Assembly (NCBI RefSeq): GCF_006345805.1
Contig: NC_043001.1
Span: forward strand, 69,440,001 to 69,504,000
Direction of reading: 5' to 3'
Length of the DNA: 64,000 bases
From: Octopus sinensis
Lineage: Eukaryota
Made by a program: the position numbers and the translations under genes. Below the pieces are notes generated by a model, which saw only the letters and a list, made by a program, of their open reading frames with translations, was not told the DNA's origin and made no database searches. Shown piece by piece: positions 39,428 to 54,419 of the stretch (its first letter is position 1; each line of letters starts with the position of its first letter).

Positions 39428-39471
<44 letters not shown>

Positions 39472-39580
39472 ACTACTACTACAACTACTACTAATCTTGC
39501 TGCTGCTAAAACTACTATTACTACTACTACTACTACTACTACTAATAATAATAATAATAATAATAACAACAACAATAATG

Positions 39581-39625
<45 letters not shown>
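39390..39625. repeat. Compound (AAT)/(GAT)/(ACT) trinucleotide microsatellite
   Basis: Read directly from the sequence. Confidence 0.95.
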
Positions 39626-40109
39626 GTGCCCTAATGCTGTACTAGGCAGTGGCTTTCATAGATTCTCGTCTGAATTGATTGGCATTGTTATAATGTACAT
39701 TCTTTTGTCTTGATATAAAAGATAGGCTTCAACAAATAAACTGTAAGGCATCTTTGATCACGAGCAGAATTATTAATGGAGCATCATAGCCATGTGTTGA
39801 GAACAATTATTTGGGGGATTGGATAATTCACCTCTGAAAACACGAGTGTTTCGTTCAACATCTTTAAACAACACTTATTTCACGGACCTTTTGAGCGGGT
39901 TGTGCCACTCGACATGAAGAAAATTCTAACTGGGTCCCACCTGCAAGGTCATGCGCTGTTAATCTTTATATGAAATCACCATGTCGAGGAGATTGTTATG
40001 ATGCATGTGCCTGGTGTACCGTTATTAGACGGGTAGTCATGACGGTTTTACTCAGTTTCGTATGTTTTACCCCAGTGTCACTATGATGGCATGCACTGCT
40101 CTCTCACTC
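39626..40109 (+). mobile_element. Non-coding interspersed element in (AAT)n, copy 2 (longer left end, internal deletion)
   Basis: Shares the right end ...GGCATGCACTGCTCTCTCACTC|AATAAT with copy 1. Confidence 0.8.
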
Positions 40110-40122
40110 AATAATTAATGAT

Positions 40123-40154
<32 letters not shown>

Positions 40155-40301
40155 TGATGATGATGATGATGATGATGATGACGATGATGATGATTAGCGA
40201 TGACGACGATGGACGATGATGACGATGACGACAATGACGACGATGATGACGATAACGATGATGACGGCGATGATGACGATGACGATGATGACGATGACGA
40301 C

Positions 40302-40356
<55 letters not shown>

Positions 40357-40420
40357 CTGCTGCTGCTGCTGCTGCTCTGATGATGATGATGATATGATGA
40401 TGAAGATGATAATAATAATA
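40110..40420. repeat. Compound (GAT)/(GAC)/(GCT) microsatellite
   Basis: Read directly from the sequence. Confidence 0.95.
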
Positions 40421-40936
40421 TAGCAATTAAGGAGAGACAACTACCAATATGTTTCTATTCAGGTTTGTCTACTTTAGTTAATTTTATCTTCCACTGTAGA
40501 AACTGCAGTAATGAAAAAACAGTATTGATCGTATTTTTTGAAACAATTGTACAAATAATCCATATTTCAGGAAATATGGAATGCACGAATTTTATTTATT
40601 CTGTTCAGTATAAAGTATTTTTGTACGGTGGTACTTTATGAGGCTACAACAGGATGTCTGTGAATAGAAACATAATCACCATTAGAGAAATGTTTTTAAA
40701 CATGCCTTCCCAACAAAATGTGGTACTTTAAATGTCTTCTCGATTTTGAAATGGGAATTCAAACTAGATGAAACTGCCAAGCAGTTTGTTTTATCTGTTA
40801 ACAAAAATATTTGTGTTTAAGAAGCCTGAAAGCTTCATGACATTATTGATAACGGTGGCGACGCGAAATCTGCTACTATTTTATTGCAGTTGTGGATGAT
40901 GATGATGATGATTATGATAATGCTGCTGTTGGTGGT

Positions 40937-41036
40937 NNNNNNNNNNNNNNNNNNNNNNNNNNNNNNNNNNNNNNNNNNNNNNNNNNNNNNNNNNNNNNNN
41001 NNNNNNNNNNNNNNNNNNNNNNNNNNNNNNNNNNNN
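40937..41036. other. Assembly gap (100 N)
   Basis: Run of exactly 100 N. Contiguity across it is unverified. Confidence 0.99.
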
Positions 41037-41274
41037 ATACGACTGATTCTAATATATGTGCGCAGGATTGAATGCATTTAAGAAGTTTACTTACAATCCA
41101 CATGGTTATGGGTTCAGTACCACTGCATGGCAGCTGCAGAATCTATCTTCTATTGCTGCTTCGGGGAGACCAATCATTTTCAGTACATTTGGTACACAGA
41201 AGTTAAAAGAAACCCACCGGGGTAAAACAAACCCAACCCCATTATATATATATATGTGTGTGTATATGTGTGTG

Positions 41275-41308
<34 letters not shown>

Positions 41309-41463
41309 TGTATGTATGTATATAATATTATGCCTGTATGTATGTATGCATGCACGCGTTATGTATGTATGCATACATGTATATATGCATGCATGTATGT
41401 ATGTATATATGTATGTATGTTTGTATGTAGGAATGCATGTTTATATGAATGTATATATGTGTA

Positions 41464-42070
41464 CAGGAGATGGACAAGATAATGGAAACACCTAGGATCA
41501 GAGCATCATGATATTGAAATATCTATAAAACGTCAAACGCTTGTTTATTTTGATGTTTTTTTTAGTTAGTATTAGTGTCGCTTAGTATGTTTTGCGAAAA
41601 CTGCAGTTACTTGTCAGATATCATCGGAATAAAGTAATTAAAATTCATTAAAATGACAGATGTATCGGACTTTCAGAGACTTCAAATTGTTGGTGCTCGT
41701 ATGGCAGGCGCTAATGTAACGAAAACAGCCAAAATGTTTGGTGTATCAAGAAGTACTGTCTCGAAAGTAATGACAGCCTTTGAGAAAGAGGGAAAAACCT
41801 CCTCGTCGAAACAAAACTCCGGAAGAAAACAAAATTTTCAGATAGGGATTGTTGGACTATTACGCGAATTGGTAGAAAGGATGACAAAACTACAACTGCC
41901 AAAATTACTGCCATCCAGTAACAAGTTTAGCTGTGTGAATTGGTGCATTATCATCCTGAAATATTGAGTTTCCCCCCGGAAACAGTTCCGGAACCATAGG
42001 TTGAATTTGATCAGATAAATTGCGCAGTCTTGACTATTAATTCTGGCATGAAGGTTGTCCTTCATGCCAG
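41464..42070 (+). mobile_element. Tc1-like transposon relic: left TIR, N-terminal HTH and an inverted catalytic fragment
   Basis: TA|CAGGAGATGGACAAGATAATGGAAACACCT, then ORF 41653 MTDVSDFQRLQIVGARMAGANVTKTAKMFGVSRSTVSKV...NSGRK. The minus strand of 41911-42060 encodes [14 protein letters not shown]. Confidence 0.88.
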
Positions 42071-42098
42071 TATATATATATACATACATATATATATG

Positions 42099-44251
<2,153 letters not shown>

Positions 44252-44973
44252 TATATATATATATATACATACACATACACACACGCACACACACACACAC
44301 ACTCACACACACACACATATATATATACATATACATAGATATGTACATATATATATTTATATATCCACATGTGTATACATGAACATAAAGGTAGTATTTA
44401 TTAGAACATTACTTAAGGAAAATATCATCCCCGGGGTTTCTGGCAAAAGGAACTCTTGATGTCATGTATACAATTTAAATGAAAGAATCCATTTGCTTTT
44501 GAGAAATAATGGTAAAAAAGAGAAATCTCATAGTTCGCTCCATGTTCCTGGAGATTTTATAAATTAATTAAAACGTAAACATTACAAATATTTAATCGAA
44601 TTAGATTGAATTAAATTATTGTTGCATTATAGATTTGGGGGCTTCACGAGCTAAATGTAATAATGCAAACATTAATCATAGAGATAGAGCAAGTTCTTCC
44701 CCTCAATGGAAATGTAATATCCTTAGTTTTTGTCCATTATGATGTTTAATATCTATTAATAACTTTAATGTTTATTAATGTTGTTAACATACTGTGCAAA
44801 AGTTCTTTTCCTGAAAATTTCACGCGAATGTCACAGTAAGAAACATGACAGACAATATATATCATATTAAATTGAAACACAACGTACAAGGGCGTTACTT
44901 TTACAGGTTAGAATGGTCCTTAGTGGTTCGAACTTCGGCATACATATATACATACATACGTACATACATAAAC

Positions 44974-45038
<65 letters not shown>

Positions 45039-46752
45039 CACACACACACACACAACACACACACGGCAGATACAATCGTACTTTTCATAAATGGTGGAGA
45101 TGAGATATTAATATGGGATACGATATTTATTCAATTCGCTAGAGGATCGTTTTTACAGAAAGACAATAAATTCATTTTAAGAATCTGAGTTGTCAAACAG
45201 TATTCATCAGTAGCACAAGAAGAAAAACTTGGGCTGTAAAATTACATGAGTATTGTGTTCTTACTAATTTTTAATGTGTAATTGTTCTAGGAGACATGTC
45301 TATTTAAAACACGACTAATGGATAACGGTTAAGTGATGATATATATAACATAGAATATAGATAAATTCCTCTCGCTAGATTAGTGTAAATGAGCTTGCTT
45401 GAAACTCCATATAAGTAGTAAGAAGCAAGTGGGATTGAAAATTCAAATAAGGGAGTACGGAAGTTTTAAATAATGAGACTGAAATTTATATTTCACCGTT
45501 AATAATCATTTCGGCATTTTTATAAACTAGGAAAATATTTAAGAGCCCTCATAAATCGTTTGTTAGTGGGAATGGTTTGTAAATTTACTTACAATATTCG
45601 CTGCTAAATCTATAAAACATCTATGGAATGGTATATAGAAAAAATATATCGCAAACATTAGAGAATAATTTTAGAGAAAGTAAATATCATTGAAATTGAC
45701 TAGTGTAGGGGAGATAATGATGAATAAGGCGGGGGGAGAAATGGTATAGTTTCTATCCGCTAGGAGATTGGAAAAAGTAAAAGTATTGGCATTATATGTA
45801 TATGGATATGGTTACTAAAAAAAAAATTTGCCTTTGTTTTGTCATGTATAGTTATACATATAAAGGTTTGTGCATGTAGATAGTGGTACATCTAAATATG
45901 CGTATGTAAAAAACAACTTTTGAACAAGTAAAACAACAATTGAGTGTATATACATGCGTATATACACATATACAATGTACACAGTGAAAATTATGGACAA
46001 ATAAGTAATCAAACACCGAAATATACACATACACCCTATAGACGACTGTAACAAAGTGACACTTTTATACACTGAACACCTGTACCAATGTACACATATG
46101 TATATAAACTTTTTTTATAGATATGTGTGAATTTGTCGTCGCGATGTAAGTATACAAAATAGAAAAATATATATAAAAATGATAATATTTGAAAATCATT
46201 TAAATATATTATAGATATTTGAATAAAAAATATAAGAATAAAAATAATACAAAATAAAAATAGTAGTAAAAATTGTTATAAATCTAGGCTGCTGAAAATA
46301 TTTACATTTATAAAATTTAAATTCAGAAATTATATAAAAAGAAGATTATATGTATATATAGAGGAGATCATAATGAAATAGTCATCTAATGTTTATTATT
46401 TATAATTATGTACTGGAATACTTCTACACAGATGAGAAAAGTATCCACCTGCAGAATAAGCAATTTTTAGATTGAGCATATATATATATATATAGATTAT
46501 ATGCACATTTAACAACTGGGAGTACAGTACATTACTTATGGGAAAAGAATTCCTGGATGGGTAGATTTACAAGTTTTGATTACAAAATATATTTAATACC
46601 ATATATACACAGTAAAATATATGTACATATATACATGTACATTATGTATGGATACACATACACATATACACACAGATATACATATATATATATATATACA
46701 TACAGAGAGTACACACATCCCTACATGCATGCATGTACACCTACATGTACAT

Positions 46753-46785
<33 letters not shown>

Positions 46786-46872
46786 CAAACATATATATAT
46801 ATATATTCAATTATATATATCTATATATGCAAATACACACACAAGCATATATATTCGTATATATATGCATTA

Positions 46873-47077
46873 TTTTATTCTTTTATTTGCTTTTGTCAGT
46901 TGATTGCGGCCAGGTTGGAGCACCGCCTTTAGTCGAGCAAATCGACCCCAGGATTTTTTCTTTGTAAGCTAAGTACTGATTCTATCGGGCTTTTTTGCCG
47001 AAAAGCTAAGTTACGTGGGCGTAAACACAGCAGCATTGTTTGTCAAGCGATTTTGGATGGACAAGCACAGGCACTCG

Positions 47078-47168
<91 letters not shown>

Positions 47169-47318
47169 AATACGACGGGCTTCTTCCAGTTTCTCTCTAC
47201 CAAATCCACTCACAAAGCTTTGGTCCCCTCTGAGGCTATAGTAGAAGACACTTGCCCAAGGTGCCACGCAAAAGGACTGAACTTGGAAGCATGTGGTTGG
47301 TAAGCCTCTCCTGCGCCT
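46873..47318 (-). mobile_element. tRNA-derived SINE, same family as 18617-19025
   Basis: Reverse-complement homology over head, core and tail. The internal microsatellite is expanded and there is a small deletion in the head. Confidence 0.85.
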
Positions 47319-47769
47319 AAACATATAAATCTATATACATGCATTACTATCTGTATATGTTCATTTTAATGTCTGCATATATATGTGTATGTGTGTATCT
47401 GTCTGCCTGTCTGTCTGAATCTCTTTCACCACACACACGCTCATATACGAGGGACCTGTCTTTACAAAATGTTTACTTGTTTCACACTTGATAAGGTAAC
47501 GGAAAAGGGCTTCATTAGAAAAGAGAAAAGGAAAGTGAAGAAATGGAAAGGAGGGTAGAGGTGAAAGGTAATATTGTTTCAGTCATTTCCCTGTGGTGAT
47601 ACGTAGAAAATGAATAAAATATTAGGAAAATAAGAATGCGAGCATAAAAAAGCACATAAAAGATTAGAAAGACATGAAACACAATGGTGGTTAAACATAT
47701 AAAGAACGCACATAAGTATTGCTTCCAGTTTTTCGCACAATAGCTGTAATTTCGAGGTTAGGTTTAAAT

Positions 47770-47929
47770 TTTGTGTCGTCCTCAGTATTCAACTGAAACC
47801 CATTTTTCATCGACCCTGAAAGGCTGGAAGCAAAGACCTCGGTGGAATTTGAACTCCCAACGTTAAAACGGACGAAATACCGTTAAGAAATTTCTCAGCA
47901 GGATAACGAATCTGCCAGCTTGACGCCTT
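47770..47929 (-). mobile_element. SINE, same family as 48258-48456
   Basis: GACCTCGGTGGAATTTGAACTC...GACGAAATACCG...GAATCTGCCAGCTTGACGCCTT. Confidence 0.8.
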
Positions 47930-48257
47930 GTGGCTTGTAAATATTGATAAATATACAGAGTGGCCTAAGAGTGAGACGATTGGAAATAGAATATGGAAAA
48001 AATGAATTCAAGGTAATTTGCACATCTTGAGAGATTGCGCTTATGAAATCTATCAGAGATGGTAAAGTTTCCAGAAAGACAAGGTAATCCAAGGTTTCAA
48101 TACAGAAAAGAAGGGTTTGACGATCGCTTCGAGACAAAAGCACATGTTGCATCGGGGAGGTTTTATGGAAAAAGAGAGAGACGATGACAGGTAATGAGAG
48201 AAATAATAACACTGAGCGAGGTGAGCGAGGCCCGGGGAGTATAATTCTTTTCGAGGA

Positions 48258-48456
48258 ACAAGGCCCGACCTGTTTTGGGAGGGGATCAGTCGATTAGATC
48301 AACCCCAGTACACAACTGGTACCATATTTTATCGACGCCGAAAGGATGAAGAGGAAAGTCGACCTCGGCGGAATTTGAACTTAGAACGTAACAGCAGACG
48401 AAATACGGCTAAGCATTTCGCCCGGCGTGCTAACGATTCTGCCAGCTCGCCGCCTT
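48258..48456 (-). mobile_element. tRNA-derived SINE with a Deu/Nin-domain-like core
   Basis: Minus strand: A-box TGGCAGAATCG, B-box GTTCAAATTCC and core GAGGTCGACTTT..CTTCATCCTTTCGGCGTCGATAAAATATGGTACCAG. Confidence 0.75.
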
Positions 48457-48648
48457 GCCCAGGTTGTCTGAAAGTGTGTTAATGTGTGTGCGTGCATGCG
48501 TGTGTGTGTGTGTGTGTGAAATATGTGTAAATGTACTTGCACGTTAAGACGTGCACTTGTGTGCTGAAGCGCCCCTATTGTGTGTCTATGAACAGTCGGT
48601 AGTCAGCTAGTCAAATAGTAGCGGGTGGAGTGTAGGCGGGTGTTAGTG

Positions 48649-48810
<162 letters not shown>

Positions 48811-50565
48811 TGTATTTGTCTATCTGTCTCTCCACCTGTTTCTCTTTTTTCTCTGTCTCTATATAAATAGATAGATACATAGATAGATGCACATATAAGC
48901 GAAATTGTTAATAGCAAATCCGAGTTTATAAAATCTTGCAAATACATGAAGGGAATTTATTATAAAGGGTGCTTTTCTAATTAGTTAACATGATTTATTG
49001 TAATTTTTCTTCTGAAAATCCAAAAGGAATTTTGTAATACCGAGTTCTCATCATCGGTTTTACAATTTTATGAAAAACCGTAATTTATAGTCTTTTCCAA
49101 CTGAAGACACTCGAAATAATTAATACATAATAAATACTTGAAAATACATCAACACGTTCATCCGGTTGACCAATATGGCCAATGATACTATGTTTTTTAC
49201 CCTGTTTTGCATACATTTGCTGATAAAGTTAAAATGTTTTCATTTTCTTTTCAAATTAAATATATTCAAAATCTGCCATCTGATGAGAATTTATCAAACT
49301 CTTTCATCGCCTTACAAATATCGGCTCTAGCAAGTAAAAATCATCTCATACCATTTCTATCTGGCAATATGTGTTTGTGTTATCACTACGAAATCGATTT
49401 TACCACGTCATACTTACACACACACACACACACACATTCACACATGCACGCATGCACACACACACATATATATGCAAATATGTGGGGCGCACTTGTGTGT
49501 GTGTTTATGTATGCGCGTGCGCGTACGCGAGCATGTGTACATGTATGTGAGTGTGTGTGAGCATGCGTGCGACTGTGTGTTTACGCGTGTGCTTTAAAAT
49601 CTGTTATAAAGTATCAACCAAAAGAAATATTCAAAATAAGGCATAAGCATACTGCTTTCTCTTACACAAGAAAATCAAACATGGCAAGACAAATATTTCT
49701 CTTTTCATAGAAATAAAAGATATAGGAAGCGTGTAGAAAAACTCTAACACGTAATCTTTGACGAGTTCAAGTACTCACATTGATGAGTAGATCGCTATTT
49801 CAAACATTATCTTGAGGAGAGTCTGGAAACATCTCACTGAAACTAACTAAAATTAAACGCCTTCCGAAAAGTGATTAACGCCTACGTTACATCTTCAGGT
49901 CTAATTGAAAAGAAGTTAAATAAGTATATCAAATATATTTACTGATTCTCCACTCATCGTCATCAGTAAGGAACTACGGCCGATAATAGCATCATTCTGT
50001 ACTATCCTTGTCCATTATTTCCCATCTATAAGTTTAACTTCATTTAACCTAATACAATATTTGATACACCTGTGAATTCTAACATGCTGTACACATTTAA
50101 GAATAACAGCAGCTCTATGATTCCAATAAGAATATTAGTTTAAAATAAAATATATAAATTCAATACTATGTATTTCATTTACTGTGGATATTTTTTAAGA
50201 CGATTCCCTCACATGTATATATTCATTTTAACATTACAAACTGGATATTTTCTTATTGGAGCAATACTTGTGGGGTGGGTGAGTGCTGCAATTAAGAACA
50301 TCATAACGAATCCGTTGGAAGCTGACAAAAGAATTTTCCGAAAGTGTAATTGAAAATGGCTTCAAATTTTTGAAAACACCAGTAATTTGATGGGAAGTAG
50401 GGACTTGATTACACCGACGTTAGTGATTAACTGATATAAGGAAGAAGGACAAATTTCAGCTCAGTTGAATTTGAGCACAAAATAAAGAATCAAAAGAAAT
50501 GCCACTAGACACTCCGTCCAATGTACTAACAAAAGTGCCAGCTCAACGCCTCAATAATAATAATG

Positions 50566-50614
<49 letters not shown>

Positions 50615-50624
50615 CAACAACAAC

Positions 50625-50677
<53 letters not shown>

Positions 50678-50710
50678 TAATAATAATAAGAAAAAGAAGA
50701 ATAACAACAA

Positions 50711-51899
50711 CAAACTCAGCATCTGAGCAACTTTGGAACCCCATAACAACTGAAGAGGTCACCCAGGCACTGCAAAGACTAAACAACTGGAAGGCACCTG
50801 GACATGACAAGATCCCCAACTTCTGGTTGAAACATCTAACAGGAATGCACAAAAAGCTGGCTGAAAATTTTAGCAACATACTGGCAGAGCCAGAGACAAT
50901 GCCTAAATGGCTCACGAAAGGGGAAAACCATCTTAATTACCAAATCAAATGAGACAGCAAAACCAGAAAACAACAGACCAATAACCTGTCTCCCTGCAAG
51001 GTACAAGGCATTTACTGCAGTGATATCGCAAAGGTTGAACAAGCACCTGGACGAAAACAACTTGTTTCCAGAAGAGCAGAAAGGATGCCGCGAAGGCTCA
51101 TATAGCTGTAAAGATCAAATAATGATTAATAAAGCCATAACTGAAGACAGCCACAGAAAGAAGAAAGGCCTCAGTATGGCCTGGATCGACTACAAAAAGG
51201 CGTTTGATAGCATCCCCCACACATGGATCCTCGAAACACTAGCCATTAACAAAGTAGCACCAACAATTATAAAATTCATAGGATACTCTATGAATAAATG
51301 GCAAACAGTGCTACAGCTCCAAACAAAAGAGGGACTCATGATAACCAAAGCCATCCCCATTAGAAGAGGAATATTCCAGGGAGACACGCTCTCTCCACTC
51401 CTTTTCTGCTTGGCACTGTCACCTCTATCTGATATGGTAAATAGAACTGGATGCGGATATAAATGTTACGGAATAATGTTACGATCAGCCACCTTTTATA
51501 TATGGATGACCTAAAACTATATGCTACAAATGACAAAAAGCTGGATCAATACCGGCAGATGACAACGTGTCTCTAAAAGAAATGGAGAAACTTTCAAAAT
51601 ACAAGACCTGGAAATAGAGGTAACCAGAATGTGGAATCTAAAAACAGAAACAATTCCTATCATAGTAGGTGCATTAGGCATGATAAAAAAATATTCAGAC
51701 AAATACATAACAAAAACACCAGGTCTTACAAACACATATAACATACAGAACATTGCACTACTAGGCACTGTACACATCCTACGCAGAACACTTTCCATGC
51801 AAAAACCATCAGAGCATCACAACAAATCACAGCACATACCCAAGGCACACAGAGCTGCGTTCGGTAGTGAAGTGAAAGTACACTATAAAAATAAAACTA

Positions 51900-51902
<3 letters not shown>
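50711..51902 (+). mobile_element. R4/Dong-type subfamily B: RT 5' half joined to the RLE tail
   Basis: NNWKAPGHDKIPNFW, EEQKGC, AWIDYKKAFDS, GIFQGDTLSPLLF and YMDD, then a jump at 51545/51546 to SIPADDNVSLKEMEKLSKY and the 3' UTR. (AAT)n on both sides. Confidence 0.92.
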
Positions 51903-51973
<71 letters not shown>

Positions 51974-51984
51974 TAATAATAATA

Positions 51985-53545
51985 AGCCACCTTTTATATA
52001 TGGATGACCTAAAACTATACGCTGCAAATGACAAACAGCTGGAAACACTATTAAAGACAGTTCATGGATTTACCAAAGAAATAGATATGAAATTTGGATT
52101 AGAAAAATGCGCCAAAGTAACCATGAAAAGAGGAAAACTAGTTAAGAGTAACAACATCACACTAGATAAAACCAATGAAATAAAAGAATTAGACCAAAGC
52201 CAAACTTACAAATACTTAGGAATCCATGAACTAGATAAGACACAACACACACAAATGAAAGAGAAAATAAAAAAAAGAATATTATAGACGAGTTAGATCA
52301 ATACTAAAAACAGAGCTCAATGCTAAAAACAAGATAATAGGTATCAACACTTTAGCTGTCCCAGTTATAAGTTACAGCTACAATATCGTTAACTGGACAC
52401 GAAATGAACTGTCCAAAATAGATAGGAAAACAAGAAAAATACTGACAGGATCTAGGATGCATCACCCAAAATCTGACATAGAAAGACTATATATACAACG
52501 TATAGAAGGTGGTAGAGGCCTTATACAGCTGGAAAACTACTATAAAATAAGCACCATAGGACTGCAAAAATATCTACTTCAGAAGGAAGGAAAACTGATC
52601 CAGATAGCAGCAAAACACGAGCAAAACAAAAAACTGTTCTCAGTATTTAAGGAAGCTGACAAATACAAACAAGAAATCATACCACCTAATAAACATGAAG
52701 AAGAAGAAGAAGATGATGAAGAAACAACAAAAGCTATAAAACAAATGAAATCCAAACTAAAAATAGAACAGCAACGAACCATGATAAAACTTTGGCAAGA
52801 AAAGCCCCTTCATGGTAAATACTGCACTAAACTAAACGCAAAAGAAATAGACAAAGAAAAATCCCAGCAATGGTTGAGAAGCTCAGGACTCAAAGCAGAA
52901 ACAGAGGGATTTTTAATTGCAGCACAAGACCAAAGCCTCCCCACCAGAAATTACCAAAAACATGTATTGAAAAGAAATATTACAAGTAACTGCAGAATAT
53001 GTGGAGATGGACAAGAAACAATAAATCATATTATCTCTAGCTGCCCAGTCCTGGCTAAGAAGGATAATATTCACAGACATGACAGAGTTGGAACCTACAT
53101 ACATTGGAAGCTATGCCAACATTATGGAATAACAACAGAAAAAAGATGGTATAGGCACACACCAGATCATGCTTTCTAATTGATGAATCAATACCGGCAG
53201 ATGACAACGTGTCTCTAAAAGAAATGGAGAAACTCTCAAAATACAAAGACCTGGAAATAGAGGTAACTAGAATGTGGAATCTGAAAACAGAAACAATTCC
53301 TATCATAGTAGGTGCATTAGGCATGATAAAAAAATATTCAGACAAATACATAACAAAAACACCAGGACTTACAAACACATATAACATACAGAAAATTGCA
53401 CTACTAGGCACTGCACACATCCTACGCAGAACATTTTACATACAATAACCATCAGAGCATCACAACAAATCACAGCACATACCCAAGGCACACAGAGCTG
53501 CGCTCGGTAGTGAAGTGAAAGCACGCTATAAAAATAAAACTACTG
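51985..53545 (+). mobile_element. R4/Dong-type subfamily B from YMDD to the 3' end, with a deletion removing the RPD motif
   Basis: HLLYMDDLKLYA, FGLEKC, YKYLG, ETEGFLIAAQDQ, CCHC and RHD. A deletion at ~53165 is evident relative to the copy at 32148-33138. Confidence 0.92.
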
Positions 53546-53603
53546 AATAATAATAATAATAATAATAATAATTATAATAATAATAATAATAATAATAATT
53601 ACA

Positions 53604-54299
53604 ACAGAGTACCTAAACAGGCATGATAGATCTGCACAATATATTCACTGGGTAATTTGCAAAAACCTGGATTTGCCCCATGAAAAATACTGGTGGGAAC
53701 ACAATCCACGTCCAGTGCTGGAAAATGACCACATCTCACTGCTCTGGAACTTCACCATTGAAACTGACTGAAAGATAGATGCAAACAGGCCAGGCATCAT
53801 ATTGAAAGACTTCAGACAAAGAACATGCCTCCTCATTGATATGACTGTCCCAATCGTTATAAACGTATCTGTCAAGACCTACCAAAAACTGAGCAAATAT
53901 AAAGATCTTGAAATAGAAATCAGCAAAATGTGGAACTTGAAGACTAAAACAATACCTGTTGTCATAGGCACCCTGGGAATGATAGCGAAAGGGGCTGATT
54001 GCTATCTAACTCAGTTACCAGGAAACCCCAAAATGGCAGAAATTCAAAAGATAGTGCTCATGGGAACTACTCATATCCTACGCAATATACTCTCTATGTA
54101 ATCTCAAGCTCTAAAACAAACTTTTTTTAAAAATGTATTTATTAGACATTCACTAGTACAACACCAAAATAAAAAAAAATCCAAATATATGGCACACTAG
54201 ACATAACAACAACGTGAATTTCCAACCTGTAGTCTCTCGAGGTCTCTGGGTGAGACTTGGAGCCAACTTGTACAAACATAAAGCAAAAGTCAATCATAG
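53604..54299 (+). mobile_element. 5'-truncated R4/Dong-type subfamily A copy
   Basis: Aligns with 37858-38563 and has the same 3' junction CATAG|AATAAT. Confidence 0.92.
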
Positions 54300-54317
54300 A
54301 ATAATAATAATATAATA

Positions 54318-54348
<31 letters not shown>

Positions 54349-54419
54349 TAATAATATAATAATAATATAATAATAATAATAATAATAATAATGATGATGA
54401 TAATAATAATAATAATAAT

